Positions 1-14,189 of a stretch of 64,000 nt of DNA are shown here, piece after piece; within the stretch, counting starts at the first letter, position 1; every line of letters starts with the position of its first letter. The position numbers and the translations under genes were made by a program. The DNA is from Paraspadella gotoi (lineage: Eukaryota > Animalia > Chaetognatha). A model generated the notes under the pieces. That model was not told the origin of the DNA. It did no database searches and saw only the letters and a program-made list of their open reading frames with translations. Location: NCBI GenBank assembly GCA_051294375.1, contig CM119271.1:13578372-13642371 (forward strand). The letters run 5' to 3'.

Positions 1-953
1 TGTTGTTGTCGTTGTTGATTTGATTATTGTCGTTTTTTTTCCGTTGTGGTTTTGTTTGCTGTCATTGCTTTGATTGTTATCGCTGTTGTTGTTGTTGTAT
101 CGATTGTTGTCGTTATTTTGATTTGTATTGTTGACCTCTGTTGTTGTTGGCGCCGTTCTTGTTTCGATTGTTGTTTTGATGTTTTGAATTTTTGTTATAG
201 TAATAGTTTTTGATTGTTTTCGTCATTGTTTTTAATCGTTGCCCTTGTCGTCGACTCTGTGATTCGTTGAGGTGGAATACGTGGAACGGTTTCAGTTGTG
301 GTTTGTTGTGGTCAGAGGCTAAATGGAATTCTGTGTTTGTGGTCGAGAGAGAACGAACCTTATTAATCGCTTTTACGATTTTCTGCTCATTAGTTTTTGA
401 GATCAAACGGTTTTTTTTAATTTTTTAGTCGGATCTGCTTTNNNNNNNNNNNNNNNNNNNNNNNNNNNNNNNNNNNNNNNNNNNNNNNNNNNNNNNNNNN
501 NNNNNNNNNNNNNNNNNNNNNNNNNNNNNNNNNNNNNNNNNNNNNNNNNNNNNNNNNNNNNNNNNNNNNNNNNNNNNNNNNNNNNNNNNNNNNNNNNNNN
601 NNNNNNNNNNNNNNNNNNNNNNNNNNNNNNNNNNNNNNNNNNNNNNNNNNNNNNNNNNNNNNNNNNNNNNNNNNNNNNNNNNNNNAGCGAAAAGTAAAGA
701 GAGACTGACTGACTGACAGTGAGAATGAGGAACAGTCAACCAGACATCCAGAAATATACAGACGGACAGATGGACTAAAATTCAGACAGAGAGTCAGGAC
801 GACAGACAGACGGACGGACCGTTGGATCATCTCAGTGTCTTATGCGAAAAGAGTACGGCGGGTCGAGGTCAAAAACGTTTGCGGTGACATAAAAAGGAAC
901 TAAAACGATTTAGGGATGAATTTCTTTTCTTTTTTATTTTGGTAAAAATGATT

Positions 954-993
<40 letters not shown>

Positions 994-1434
994 AACAACA
1001 AAGAGAAAGAAAGTCGTCGTAGAAGACGAAAGAGATGACGACGACTTTGATGAAGACGAAGAAGAAGAAAAAGACGACAAAGACGACGACGATGACGACA
1101 ATAACGACGATGAAGAAGACGATACATTGATAAATAGTATAGCAACTCATTAGCAAGAGACGAAGACGACGGAGAATATAATAATTAATAATTATAAATA
1201 ATAATTGTGATTATGATTATGATAATGATAACAACGATGATGAAGACGACGACGACGACGAAATATCAAGAAACGACAACAACAAAGACAACAGCCAACG
1301 ACGGCGCGACTGCTTGCCCAATGCTTGCTCAATGCTTACCTCCGGGGCGTAACGGCGCGAAATCTAGGTCATTTCATTCGCCGGACAACAATTGGCTTCC
1401 GGTTTCGGGCGGAGAAAATGGCAGCGACGACGAA

Positions 1435-1466
<32 letters not shown>

Positions 1467-2418
1467 TATAGATGACTAGGAAGACGACGAGGACAACGAA
1501 AATGGAGACGATGACGCCGACGACGAAAACGACGACGAAGACGANNNNNNNNNNNNNNNNNNNNNNNNNNNNNNNNNNNNNNNNNNNNNNNNNNNNNNNN
1601 NNNNNNNNNNNNNNNNNNNNNNNNNNNNNNNNNNNNNNNNNNNNNNNNNNNNNNNNNNNNNNNNNNNNNNNNNNNNNNNNNNNNNNNNNNNNNNNNNNNN
1701 NNNNNNNNNNNNNNNNNNNNNNNNNNNNACGACGACGACGACGAAGAGAAAGGCGACAAGGAAGACAACAAAGAAAACGACGACGACGACGACGACGTCG
1801 AAGAAGACGACCACGACAACGATGTATATGACAACGACAACGACAACTAAAAGTGTCTCGAATTAGTAATAAGCTTCTCCTTCTTCTCTCCTCATATTTA
1901 TGGACTCCGGTTCTCCGTCCATTTTAGTTTCTGTTGTGACAATTTGTTGAGACGCTGCTTCTCCCCCTGGCGGCCATTTTGGGAAACGCTGCTTCTCCCC
2001 CTGGCGGCCATTTCGCATATCGAGGGTCAGTTTCGCTCGTGACTCAATTCGTGGACCCATCGACTCAATGAGAGATGAATTTTTAGAGATGAATCGTAGA
2101 TGCCATCTGCAGCGAAATGAAATGAAAAGAAAGATCCGTTCATCCAGATTCAAATGAAAACGGATCCAGGTTCAGCCGACTTCAATCGATCCAGATGCGA
2201 GGGTCGGTCCATCCAGATACCGAAGTCTTTCCATCCAGATGCCGCAATCCGTTCATTCAGATTCCAACTCCCCTTCGGCGTAAATTGTCAATCGTCTCTT
2301 CGTACGAAACTCATTAATTCTCGCTGACGGAATTGTCAAACGAAGGGGACGTTTCTATGACGACGGCGGTAAACATCGAGCCCGTCGAAGAGAAGAAGCT
2401 ATCATTAGTATTGGGGTA

Positions 2419-2726
2419 TTTTTAGCTGCGCCGCTAATACTAGCGAATCAACCCTATGAGTTACTTTTTCGGTCTGTCGGTNNNNNNNNNNGTCGATCTG
2501 TCCGTCGGTCTTTCCTACTTATGTTTAAAATGCTCAAAAATCGCCTATAATTGGTTGCTCATTTGTTAAGAAAGGAAATAACCTCAAATGTAAGTGACTG
2601 CCAGCGCCGCCTTCAGGAAATCATAAAACTTGAAAGAATAAAAGAATCCGATGCAGTGAGTGTCGAACCTACACGGCCTCGGAAAGTCATTGAGGCGCAA
2701 CACACATTTAATTTTCCGTTCTTGTT
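2419..2726 (+). mobile_element. HINE/DINE-1-like copy
   Basis: Same 5' motif, GGTC microsatellite, core AAATGTAAGTGACTGC...CGCCGCCTTCAGGAAAT and 3' GCGCAACAC...CGTTCTTGTT. Confidence 0.65.
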
Positions 2727-2983
2727 GATGTAAATTGTCGTTTGATGGTTTTAAATCTTTCAATAATATGTTAACTATTAAAATAATAATGCGGGATTCT
2801 TTTATCTTGCGTTATAGTAAATCTGTTATAGTAAATTTCTCATTTTTAAATTATATCGTTTGTTAAATTCTAGATTCGAAATTCTTGTTCGCTTAACCCA
2901 AAGTTAAAAATTCTTAAAAAAAAAAAATCCCTGGGAGATTTTTTAACTCATCCACCCTTTTCACGAGGGAATGCTCGACTTTT

Positions 2984-3033
<50 letters not shown>

Positions 3034-3929
3034 TCTCTCTCCCCTCCTCTCTTATTCCGACCTCATCTAATCCTGTCATCCCCTAACTCTTGCTACAGTC
3101 CTAAACCCTTAGCGCACGACCAGAGAACTAATAGGATAAGCTGAGGGGCCGAGTCCCACACGCAGAAATACCTGCTGAACATCTGTCTCAGCTGTCCGGC
3201 TGTTGACGATCGGAAGTCACTATCGTTGTATCGTGTAACTACTCGGAGGCGACGCTGTATGCACCGTCGCTCACCAGTAGATCAGTCAGCGATCAGCAGG
3301 CGTGTCCTATACAGAATTATCGAAATATGCGATTGAGCATAGTCGAGCCTACGATGCACTTCGCAGATAGCGCTCGCGCGCGATATTGCGAGGATCCGGA
3401 TCGTGGAGGTCCTGGGATCATCGCTAGTGTATGGGTATAGTGTACGGATATCCCGCAGATCGTCGATTAGCGCCGTGCGCTCGCATCACACTCTCTCATG
3501 GCATGGATCTTTTCACTCAGACTGCACCGCTGATGGCACTTCTCTGAGCACTATGATCAGTAGTCCGAGATGGCGTCTTTGATGGATTGTGGATGCCTAG
3601 CATATCTGATGCTACCCATGAGGTTTGACGTATAGAATCGACCTCTAGGGACCTTTCATGCTCGCGCAGATGGACTTATTTGCATCTACCCGACTTCGAC
3701 CGACCATCGTATACTCGTCTATCACACTAGTATGTAGTCCCGCCCATACTACGAATGAGGCAAATGCGCAGTGCTTCGCTGTGGTTAGTTGGATCTCGGA
3801 TGCGTGCACCATGCGAGATCCAGCGGCGGGAAGAGCCGCTCCCATAGGTATACATTTGTCCCACCCTCTTACGTCCGTAGCATATGCACGCAAAGTCCGT
3901 TCAGAGCCTCTGAGGATCGGTTTGTCGCG

Positions 3930-4178
3930 CACTTATGTTAAAATTGTTGCCATCATTGTTAAGAAACAGGAAAAACCTCAAAATCTAAAGACTGCTAGCG
4001 CCGCCTTCTGGAAATAAAGACAAAGACAAAATTCCAATGCAGTACTTTGTCATAAATACACAGGCTAAGAAAAGTTATGGTAGTCAAGTTAGTCTGTCAT
4101 GTCAATCATGTCAGTCAAAGAAACACATGTGATAAGGCAGTCACTGCGGCGCATACATTTGAATTACCGTTCTTGTTT
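3930..4178 (+). mobile_element. HINE/DINE-1-like copy (3' part; inside a duplicated block)
   Basis: Near-identical to 5877-6126. Confidence 0.6.
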
Positions 4179-5800
4179 ATCAGGGTAAGGGTTTTTTCAG
4201 GGGGGGGAGTGCAAAGGGGGGCGGCTCTAGGGGTGAGGACGGATTTGAACAAAGTCGGTTTCGACGTTGAAGATTCTCTAAAGAACAAGAAACGAAGATT
4301 TCTCTGTCTCTAGGGTGTCTCTCTCTCTATCTCTTTCAACCAACTCTCTCTCTCTCCTCTCTCTCTCTTCTAATTCTCTTTCTCATCTTTCTTTCTTTCT
4401 CTATCCTCTTTTATCAATCTCTTTAATTCCACCCTTTGTCTATCTCTCTCTCTCTTCTTTCTCTCTCTCTCTCCTCTCCTCTCTCTCTCTATCTCTCTCT
4501 CTGCTCTCTCTCTCTCTCTCTTTCTATCTCTCTCAAAATTTACATTATTATTCGGATTTTCTTGTTTTCCTATTAACTTAAGTGGGCACGCAGTAAAAAA
4601 ATCTAAATATTCGTGAGTGAAAACCAAAATAAAAAATCAAACTAAAGTTTATGTATGAAGTAACTTTTCTGTCTTTTATTGTCAGACTTCATTACGAAAT
4701 TTTTGGTTTTTTTTTTTATAAAAAATATATATTTTATTTCGTTAAAGTGACGGTTTTTGCTCTGGTTTTATTTTGTGAGATTTTTTGTTGTAGACAGCAG
4801 TATAACTTTATATAATTACGAATTTGTTCAACCAATATGAAATTATCCATTCATTTAATAAATACAGCTTTCTTGTGCCGCCTGACTTTGTTCTTTTTTG
4901 TTTTGAACAAATTAGGCCCTTTTTTTACCGATTTGCTTCGTTGCAAAATTTCATTGTTATGTGTTTTGTTAAAACGTTTATCCCCCGTCTATTTTTATAC
5001 TTAAAAGAACAAACCTAATTAAACTATTTCATTATTTGTTTTAATTTTCCAACGTCGCAAATTCTGCAGCTGTTGGACGAACAGAAAATCAGACGTTGTT
5101 TTCAGTCGAATCAAATTGATTTTTGTTTGTCTTTTTTCTTCTGCTCCTTTCTCTTTTCTATCTTTTCTTTTTCTCTTTTATTCTTTTCTTCTTTTATTTT
5201 TTTTCTTTTCTTTTCTTTTTCTTTTCTTTTCTTTTCTTTTTTCTTTTCTTTTCTTTTCTCTCTCTTCTCTTCTCTTTCCTCTCGTCTTTCTCTTCTCTTC
5301 TCTTCTCTTCTCTTCTCTTCTCATTCCTCTTCCTCTTCTCCTTCTATTCTTTTCTCTATTCTCTCTTTTATTTTCCGTAATTTAATTTCCGACCTTATAC
5401 TCGCTTCGCCTGCCCTTTCCTTTCTTTCCTTTCCTTTCCCTCCTCTTTATCTCCCTTTTCTTTCTCCTTTATTTTTTTCTCCCTTTTTTATTTTCCCACT
5501 TTACTACTCTTTCATTCTTCCTAAACTGAACCCTCCTCCTCTTCTCCTCCTTATCCCTTTCCAAACTCTCTCTCTCTCTCTCTCCTCTCATCTCTCTCTC
5601 TCTCTCTCTCTCTGCTCTCTCATCTCTCTCTCTCTCTCTCTCACGTGACCGGACACAAATTTGNNNNNNNNNNNNNNNNNNNNNNNNNTCTCTCTCTCTC
5701 TCTCTCTCTCACTCTCTCCCTCCCTCTCTCCCCCTTTTCTCTCCCCCTCTCTCTCTCTCTGCTTTTTTACCTTCAAGGTTTTTCTCTCTGTAAACTACGT

Positions 5801-6126
5801 TTTTAGTTGCGCTGCGAGTACTCGCGGAGCAACTGCATAAGTCACTTTTCGGTCGGTCGGTCCGTCGGTTTGTCCCACTTATGTTAAAATTGTTGCTCAT
5901 TTGTTAAGACAGGAAAAAACCTCAAATCTAAAGGACTGCTAGCGCCGCCTTCTGGAAATAAAAGACAAAAGACAAAATTCCAATGCAGTACTTGTCATAA
6001 ATACACAGGCTAAGAAAGTTATGGTAGTCAAGTAGTCATGTCATGTCACATCATGTCATGTCATAAGAAACACATGTGATAAGGCAGTCACTGCGGCGCA
6101 ATACATTTGAATTACCGTTCTTGTTT
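5801..6126 (+). mobile_element. Non-autonomous Helentron/DINE-1-like (HINE) element, full-length copy
   Basis: T-rich start, 5' hairpin GTTGCGCTGCGAGTACTCGCGGAGCAAC, (GGTC)n microsatellite, 3' subterminal GCGGCGCAA complementary to the 5' motif, end CTTGTTT. No TSD. At least six copies in the window. Confidence 0.7.
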
Positions 6127-6378
6127 ATCAGGGTAAGGGTTTTTTCAGGGGGGGGAGTGCAAAGGGGGGCGGCTCTAGGGGTGAGGACGGATTTGAACAA
6201 AGTCGGTTTCGACCTTGAAGATTCTCTAAAGAACAAGAAACGAAGATTCTCTCTGTCTCTAGGTGTCTCTCTCTCTATCTCTTTCACTCTCTCTCTCTCT
6301 CTCTCTCTAATTCTCTTTCTCTCTTTCTTTCTTTCTCTATCCCTCTTTTATCAATCTCTTTAATTCCCCCCTTTGCTA

Positions 6379-6449
<71 letters not shown>

Positions 6450-7724
6450 ATCTCTCTCAAAATTTACATTATTATTCGGATTTTCTTGTTTCTCTATTAA
6501 CTTAAGTGGCACGCAGTAAAAAAAATCTAAATATCGAGTGAAAACCAAAAAAAAAATCAAACTAAGTTTATGTATGAAGTAACTTTCTTGTCTTTTATTG
6601 TCAGACTTCATTACGAAATTTTGGTTTTTTTTTTTATAAAAAATATATATTTTATTTCGTTAAAGTGACGGTTTTTGCTCTGGTTTATTTGTGAGATTTT
6701 TGTTGTAACCAAAGTATACTTTATATATTACGAAATTGGTTCAACCAATATGAAAATTATCCATTCATTTAATAAATAAGCTTTCTTGCCCCTGACTTTG
6801 TTCTTTTTGTTTTTGAACAAATTAGGCCTTTTTTTAACCGATTTGCTTCGTTGCAAAATTTGCATTGTTATTGTTTTGTTAAACGTTTATCCCCCGTCTA
6901 TTTTTATACTTAAAAGAACAAACTAATTAAACTATTTCATTATTTGTTTTAATTTTCCACGTCGCAAATTCTGCAGCTGTTGGACGAACAGAAATCGACG
7001 TTGTTTCAGTCGAATCAATTTGATTTTTTGTCTTTTTCTTCTGCTCTTTCTCTTTTCTATCTTTTCTTTTTTCTCTTTATTCTTTTTCCTTTCTTTTCTT
7101 TTTTTCTTTTCTTTTCTTTTCTTTTCTTTTCTTTTCTTTTCTTTTCTTTTCTCTTCTCTTCTCTTCTCTTCTCTTCTCTTCTCTTCTCTTCTCTTCTCTT
7201 CTCTTCTCTTCTCTTCTCTTCTCTTCTTTTCTCTATTCTCTCTTTTATTTTCGTAATTTATTTCGACCTTTCTCCTTCGCCTCCCTTTCCTTTCCTTTCT
7301 TTCTTTCCCTCCTTCTTTATCTCCCTTTTCTTTCTCCCTCTTCCTTTTTTTTCTCCTTCCTTTTATTTTCCCAAACTTTACTACTCTTTCATTCTTTCTT
7401 AAACTGACCTCCTCCTCTTCCTCCTCCTTATCCCTTTCCCAACTCTCTCTCTCACTGTCTCGTCGTCTCGTCTCGTCCTCTTCCCTCTCTCTCCTCTCTC
7501 CTCTCTCTCTCTCTTCACTCGTCTCTCTCTCTCTCACGTGACCGTGACACCAGAATTTCTCTCGTTTTATTCATTAAAACGAAAATTGAATCAATATTTT
7601 TTTTTTTTTTTTTTTTTGTCAGTTGGAATGAATCTTCATCTGAAAGAGAAAAACCGAGAAAACTTGAGATCAAAGAAGGACAAGATAGTGCTCCATTTAT
7701 TCTGTAGTGGGTCTGTTTCTCTCT

Positions 7725-7758
<34 letters not shown>

Positions 7759-7954
7759 CTCATTCTCTCTCTCTCTCTCTCTCTATTTTTCATTCTTCGG
7801 TGTTTCCTGCTTTACAATGCTCCTTTTTCTTTTTAATGCATTTCGTATGACTTTGTTTTTATGACAAAGCCCTCTGCCCGAAATCCACGCCTCCCAACTA
7901 AATGTAAGAGGGGGACGAGGAAGAGACTGGAGGGGAGGAGGGGACGGATGGATG

Positions 7955-8000
<46 letters not shown>

Positions 8001-8117
8001 GAATTGGAGTGTCAGGATATCTTAATGTGATGTTTTGCATCTGATTAAGTCTGAAGGGTCGGGTGCACCAAATCAGACAATAGTGACCACAAAGGATTTG
8101 ATAAAATTGCAACTCTC

Positions 8118-8148
<31 letters not shown>

Positions 8149-8779
8149 TTCTCACCCACTCTCTCGTTGATGACTTTCTCAAACCGTTATCCATAGAAGC
8201 ACCATTATTAAATGTATAAACCTTTCTTTGTTTTAGAATTATAGGATAAATTAGGAGACAATGACCCTCTATTAGCGTCCACCATTACTGTAACGAGTTA
8301 TAAAGTGCGCTACCATTATAACCATTAAGTTTATTCTCGTGTAAAATGGTGAACTTTTACGATACGCAGCAAATATTGATTATTCAATTTTATATTTTAT
8401 AATTTTCTAACGATTATTACTCCGTATGAGTCATTTTTTAAAGTTTTATAATTATGCTCATTCATTTATTTTCTTTCGTTAACTTAATCAATAATCATTC
8501 TGTTTATTTATTATCTATCATTATTAATAACTATAATTATTTCACTTTATTTAACAAAAAAAAGTGAAAGGTTGTTTTTAAACAACTTGAACATATTTTT
8601 TCCCCACAAAATAAAAAAAAAATTGACTCAATATTCCGACAATTTTTTTTGTTTCCGCAAAAGAAAAGAATAAAAAATTGAAAAGAAAAAAATAAGCATC
8701 AAAAAAGTTTTCGATTCGCTGATTCTCTTATTAAGAATAAACTTTTTTCTCTCTCTTGGCTTTCATTCTTGGTTTCTGT

Positions 8780-9050
8780 TTGAATGAACGAATGGATGAA
8801 TGAATGAATGAATGAATGAATGAATGAATGAATGAATGAATGAATGAATGAATGAATTATGGTGGACCGTTCATCAGCGGCCTTTGGTGCCGGAGGCAAG
8901 TCATTCGCTTCCCAACCCAAAGCTCCGGTGTTCTAGCCCGGTGGTCGCCTAGCAGTTAAGAGGGACGGGGCGCTTAACCCGCCTGTAACACGGTGTTACA
9001 GCCTGATCCGAAGCTCGGGAACTGCTTATATTGAACGGTTCTGTCACTAA
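8780..9050 (-). mobile_element. Probable SINE/LINE 3' end with (ATTC)n tail
   Basis: GC-rich ~190-bp body containing the hairpin TGTAACACGGTGTTACA abuts a long (GAAT)n run, which reads as an (ATTC)n tail on the - strand. Confidence 0.45.
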
Positions 9051-9179
9051 CACATAACAATTATTACTGTCTCTTCAGAATGATTGAATTGATGTATCCA
9101 ATAATTAACTAATATATTGCAGCGTGACATATAAATATTACCAGCGCTGGTTTCATTGCAACCGTAGTTATTGTCCTTT

Positions 9180-9445
9180 TTTTATTTGCGCCGCGAGTAC
9201 TCACGGAGCAACTCTATGGGACACTTTTCGGTCTGTCTGTCTGTCGGTCGGTAGATATGTCTGTCCGTCGATCTGTCCAACTTACGTTAAAAATGATCAT
9301 AACTCGCCTATAGGTGGTTGCTCATTTGTTAAGACAGGAAAAGTATTCAAATCTAAGTGACTGCTAGCTCCGCCTTCAGGAAATCCTAAAATTATAAAGA
9401 ATAAAAGATGGGCTAAGAAAGTCACCGCGGAGCAACACGCATTTT
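9180..9445 (+). mobile_element. HINE/DINE-1-like copy
   Basis: TTTGCGCCGCGAGTACTCACGGAGCAACTC, then (GTCT/GGTC)n and the shared core. Confidence 0.65.
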
Positions 9446-12400
9446 TAGTAAAGCATATGTTGGTGTAGTAGTTAAGCTCTTTTGTTGTTGTTGTTGTTGT
9501 TGTTGTAGTTTTAAGGTTCTTTTTTGTTTTGGTTTTTGGGTTTTTGCGGTCGCAAGGGAAAGAAAAAGGGAGGAGGAAGATGCAGGGGAAGAGGAAAAGA
9601 AGGAAGAGGAAGAGGAACTGGAGGAAGAAGTGGAAGAGGAAGAGGAGGGGGTGGAGGAAGGGGAATGAGAAGAGGAACTGGAGAGGGATGTGGAAAATGA
9701 AGAGGAAGGGGAAATGGATGGGTAAGAGAAAGAGGAAGAGGAAGAGGAAAAAAAGAGTGCAAGAAAGGAGAAGAGGAAGAGGAAGGAGAAGGGTTAGTTC
9801 TTCTCTCTTTCTCTCTCCTTGGACTGTTTCGGGTCACAAAACCCAATCTTAAGAAGTGAGGCCGACCGGTCTCTGTTTTTTTTTCTGTTTTTGTTTTCTT
9901 TTCTGTTTTTTTCTTGTTTCTGTTTTCAATTTATTTTTGTTCTATTGGTTTTTTTGTTTTTCTTAGTTCTTTATTTTATTTTGTTACATTTAGTTCGTTT
10001 TTTTTTAAACTTTTATTCTTTATACTTTTATTTGTTCTTTTGTCTTTTCCGTTTCACTTTTTAAACAGTTCTCTCTCTTTCTCCGCTAGAGAACCAACAC
10101 CCGAAGCAATTTCGAAAAAAAAAAGGGAAATGATAGAAAAAGATGAAAGTAGGAGAAAAATTTAAATAATGTAAAAAAAGATTAAAGATGAAAAAAAAGA
10201 GGAAATTAAGAAAATTTCGAGAAAAAAAAATAAAAGGAAAAAATAAGGTTTTTTTTATCGTGTTTGAAACGGAGTTAACGACTTTTGCTCGGGAGTCCAT
10301 TCAAACCCGAGAGAGANNNNNNNNNNNNNNNNNNNNNNNNNAAGCAAACGGAACATCCTGCTCCCCGTCCATTCTTAAAATTAGAAATTTTGCTTTTCAC
10401 AAGATCCGTTGTGTATTAGATCGATAAACAAAAATAGCTAACTACGTGACTCCCGTAATTAAGGCCAGAGACCTATAATCAAGTCCATGAATCAGGATCA
10501 TCAAATCGCCTTTATGCTGGTAAAAAACCGGTGTAAATAGATATCAAGGCGTTTACAGCATCAAGGACAGTAATCTCTATATCTGCTTACCCGGAATGTG
10601 TCTTAGCCTGGGATATGCCAAAATGTCGAGAAAGACGCCCCAAGTGCTGGTGAGACCTTCTGCGTGACGTACTTTGATACCTGCTAGACCCCATCCACGG
10701 GACCTGCCATTGCAAAGCCATGTTCGACGGAAACGTTAGCTTCGCACAGACGTTTTCGCCGCCTTACTCCCCATTGTCGAGAGTATACACAACATCTGAT
10801 TCACACATTATTCTCCATTATGTATATAAATGGAATGATTATAGTTAAGACTATTCAATTTTAGATTTTAATACCTCAAAAATAAAATATTTATCAAAAT
10901 TTAAAATCCCGCAATAAGAATTTAAATTATTAAGAGTATAAAGGCTTCGCACGTCCGATCTTCGTCGTTGTTTCGTCGTCGGCTAATTCGTGCTGTCGCC
11001 AGTCTTTAAGTTCGAATAGCATTTGAAGTTCTCACAAATTATGTAATTTCTGATGAGGTGATCACCATATTGTCCAAAGATTGAAAGCATTTTGCATGCC
11101 GAAGCCGCATACAACGGCCGATTGAATAAGCAAGCATGTCACTTTTTTAGCGGCATCTCTGTTCCTCTAGTGAGGTAATACTAGGAAAATAAATTATGTA
11201 GCTAAGTATTTTAGATGATGAAACGAAAAATATTCGTTGTATATAAGTAATATTAGTAGGTATGATTACAACGAATTTTTTCGTTTCATCTTCTTAAAAT
11301 TGAATTTTAAATAGCAAAAGAAAAGTCCAATTAGATAGAGTTGATGATAATTATTTGAAAATCTAGGTTAAACACGATGCTTAATTAATATCGATTGTAC
11401 CTGCAAGAAAATTCTTTATATGGTCTTGCCAGACGGCAGCACGACGCCATCTATATCGATTCAATATGTGAAATTTCGTCCACCGCATATACCTGCCCGC
11501 AATGTAACTGAGTAAGTAGGAATTTTTATAGACGAATTAGTCGGTGATAATATTATTAGATTAGGAGGTAATGGTTCATGTAGAGATATAGTCAGTTAGT
11601 TGGCGAATATATATTGAGACGGCTTCCTTCTTCTTCCTTGTAGTTGTAGCTCGCTTGTAAGCTCTCCTTGAGCAATGATGAGGATAGGAACGTCCGGGAG
11701 ACGGGACCGCATCGAAGATCGAGTGCGAGGCTGTTTTCGATCTTCGCCGTCGGAGGTCGCATCACCGTGTCGTCGTGATATATGGAGTAAGAGTATTACA
11801 AAAGATTGCAAAGAGAGACAATAGATTCTGGAGTAAATATAGGATTGAAGAGTAGTGAAAGAGCGGTACATGATGCTATTTATTTGATAAATGTTTAATA
11901 TATTATTTAATAGCTACAGATAACGACAATGAAACCTGGAATTCGGCGACCATTGTAATCTGCGAGGTCTGATATCTAACGATCGCGCGAACATAGCAGA
12001 CCGTGCTGGAGGTTTGAGTCCGCTTTGACAGTGTGGAACTGAATTGAGATCTGTGCTGCGAGAGGGATGATCATATCCTTCCTATCCATTTCAACGCTGA
12101 AGTGTGATCAGTAAATTTGAATTCTATTAATTAAGTTTTATACTGATTTTGAATGAATTGGTTAAAAATATATATTATGAAAAATTGTACAGATCCTCGT
12201 TTTACTGGGATAAATTTTAAATATAGAGATAATAAAGTTTCCAAGATTTTTATAGAGAAATTAATTTTAATAATAGGAGTTGAAATTCCATATCTAATTG
12301 GAAAAGGAGGATGCGAGACCTACCGAATGCATTTTATAAATTTTATTTTTATAAAGTGTCTTTATTTATTTATAATAATAAGTTTAGGTTTATTAAGTAT

Positions 12401-14145
12401 TGATTTCTTTATAAAAACATAAGAGAGTGCGGATAGGGAGGTTTCCGGTCCGGCTAGCTAGTTCGCTTCACGCATTCGATTTTTTAACCATTGTGGAAGT
12501 TACAACTTATTAAGGAGGAGGACAAGGTGATGAAGAGAGTGTTTATGTATTGAAGTGGGGGACAGAACGGATGAACATAAGCCAGACCAGGACGGGGGAC
12601 CTGACCGGACCTGAAAAGAAGTGGACTTATCGAATATATGGATATTTGCACGAGTATACGCGGCGCAACTAAAAAGATCACATAGAGAGAAGGTCGCCCA
12701 AATAGGTGTGTCCGCTTCTATAGTAGCAGGCATAGATAGGAAGTGGTGGAGTTTGGTAAAGCAGTCGACTGAGAGATAAAGATGGTTGATGTCTGAAGGA
12801 AGTGTCTGGTCGAACATTACGCGAACCAGCCATACGCAACGAGCGCTCCTCAAGATAATAGCAATATGCACCGTGGAGAAGATAGGAGGTGGTGATTTTA
12901 TTCCTATTTTTAATTTTATTTTTGTACCTTCTTATCGCCTTTTTACTTTCCTATTATATAATCGTATGAATGTAGACTTTAGGTAGATAAGAATGTGGTA
13001 GATTATTTCTACTATTTTGTTTATCTTCAAATCCCTATTCTTTATCTTTTCTTTCTTTTTCTTTCTTTCTTTATCATTTTCTAGAGGAATTGAAATAAGA
13101 ATAAATAATAATTAAATATTGTATGCACTTTTGCTTCCTTTAAGAAAGATAAAGGAAAAAACGAAAGAAAGGATGGGGAACGAGATCGGGAAAATATGGA
13201 TTATTACAGTATGATTCAATATCTAAATATACTATATACTTTAATCTAAATAGTCAAAAAAGAAAAACTGGTCTCAAGTTCCGTGAAGAAAACAACAAAA
13301 AAAACAAGGACGGTGTTTTTTTGTTGTTTCTGTTCTCTTGATCTTTCTTTCGCCGCCTCGTTTCCTGTCCGCCGGGCCCTTTTTTTCTTTCCCGTCTGTG
13401 AAGGCGAGAAGAGGGCCGATCGACGCCGGGAGGACTAATGAAATATATCAGGTTGATAAATTGCATTTGCCGCTTGAGTGTGTTTTTTCAATAAGAGGTG
13501 AGAGGGCGAGAGACGAGAGAGAGAGGAGAGAGAGAGAGGAGAGAGGAGAGAGGAAGAGAGAAGAAGAGAGAGAAGGAGAGAGTGAAGGAGAGAGAAGATT
13601 AGAAAGGGAGGCGACTTGAGGAAATTAAAGTAAAAAGCAAGAAAAAAAAAAAAAAAAAAAAAAAAAAAAACGGTAGAACGAGGAGAGAGGAGAGGAGAGG
13701 CGAGACAGATGGAGCGAGTTAAAACACCCATTTTGATCGTAGAGAAAGAAATGAAATGACGTTCAGTCGCGATAAAGTTCTCGGTTAGTTAATCGTAGGA
13801 TCAAAATAAGTTGGATTAAAAGGATTCTCGGAAAAATAATATTCTCTTCTCTTCTCTCTCTTCTTCTCGCTAACTCTCTCTTCTTCTCTCCTTCTCAGAA
13901 TTCGTCCGTCCCCTCTGTCCCTGGGTCCCCCTTCCCGCTCCCTGCGTCTCCCCCTGTCTCCTCACCTCCCCCTTCCTTGTCGTCTCTCTCGTCTTCCTCG
14001 CCTCTCTCTCCCGTCCTCCCTTCTTCGGGTAAACGAGAACTTTATGCGCGACTGACGTCATTTTCATTTTCATTCTACCGATCAAAATGGTTAACTCGCT
14101 CTCTGTCTCGCCGAACTTTTGCCACGGGAGTCCATTCTCTAAATC

Positions 14146-14189
<44 letters not shown>

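Larger units (their letters stand above)
3930..7550. repeat. ~1.7-1.9-kb tandem duplication either side of a small gap (3930-5660 vs 5877-7550)
   Basis: The copies are colinear and differ mainly by 1-bp indels; probably a gap-fill or haplotype artefact. Confidence 0.8.

Noticed and set aside
1863-2153. 96-aa minus-strand ORF
   Set aside because: Includes a ~36-bp tandem duplication and CATCCAGAT repeats; no domain or supporting exon structure.
5073-7537. Long F/S/L-rich and R/E/K-rich ORFs here and throughout the window
   Set aside because: Translations of (CT)n/(CTTTT)n microsatellites or of N gaps.
11050-11100. CTGATGAG hammerhead box
   Set aside because: No correctly placed GAAA or stems, and it lies in a low-quality segment.
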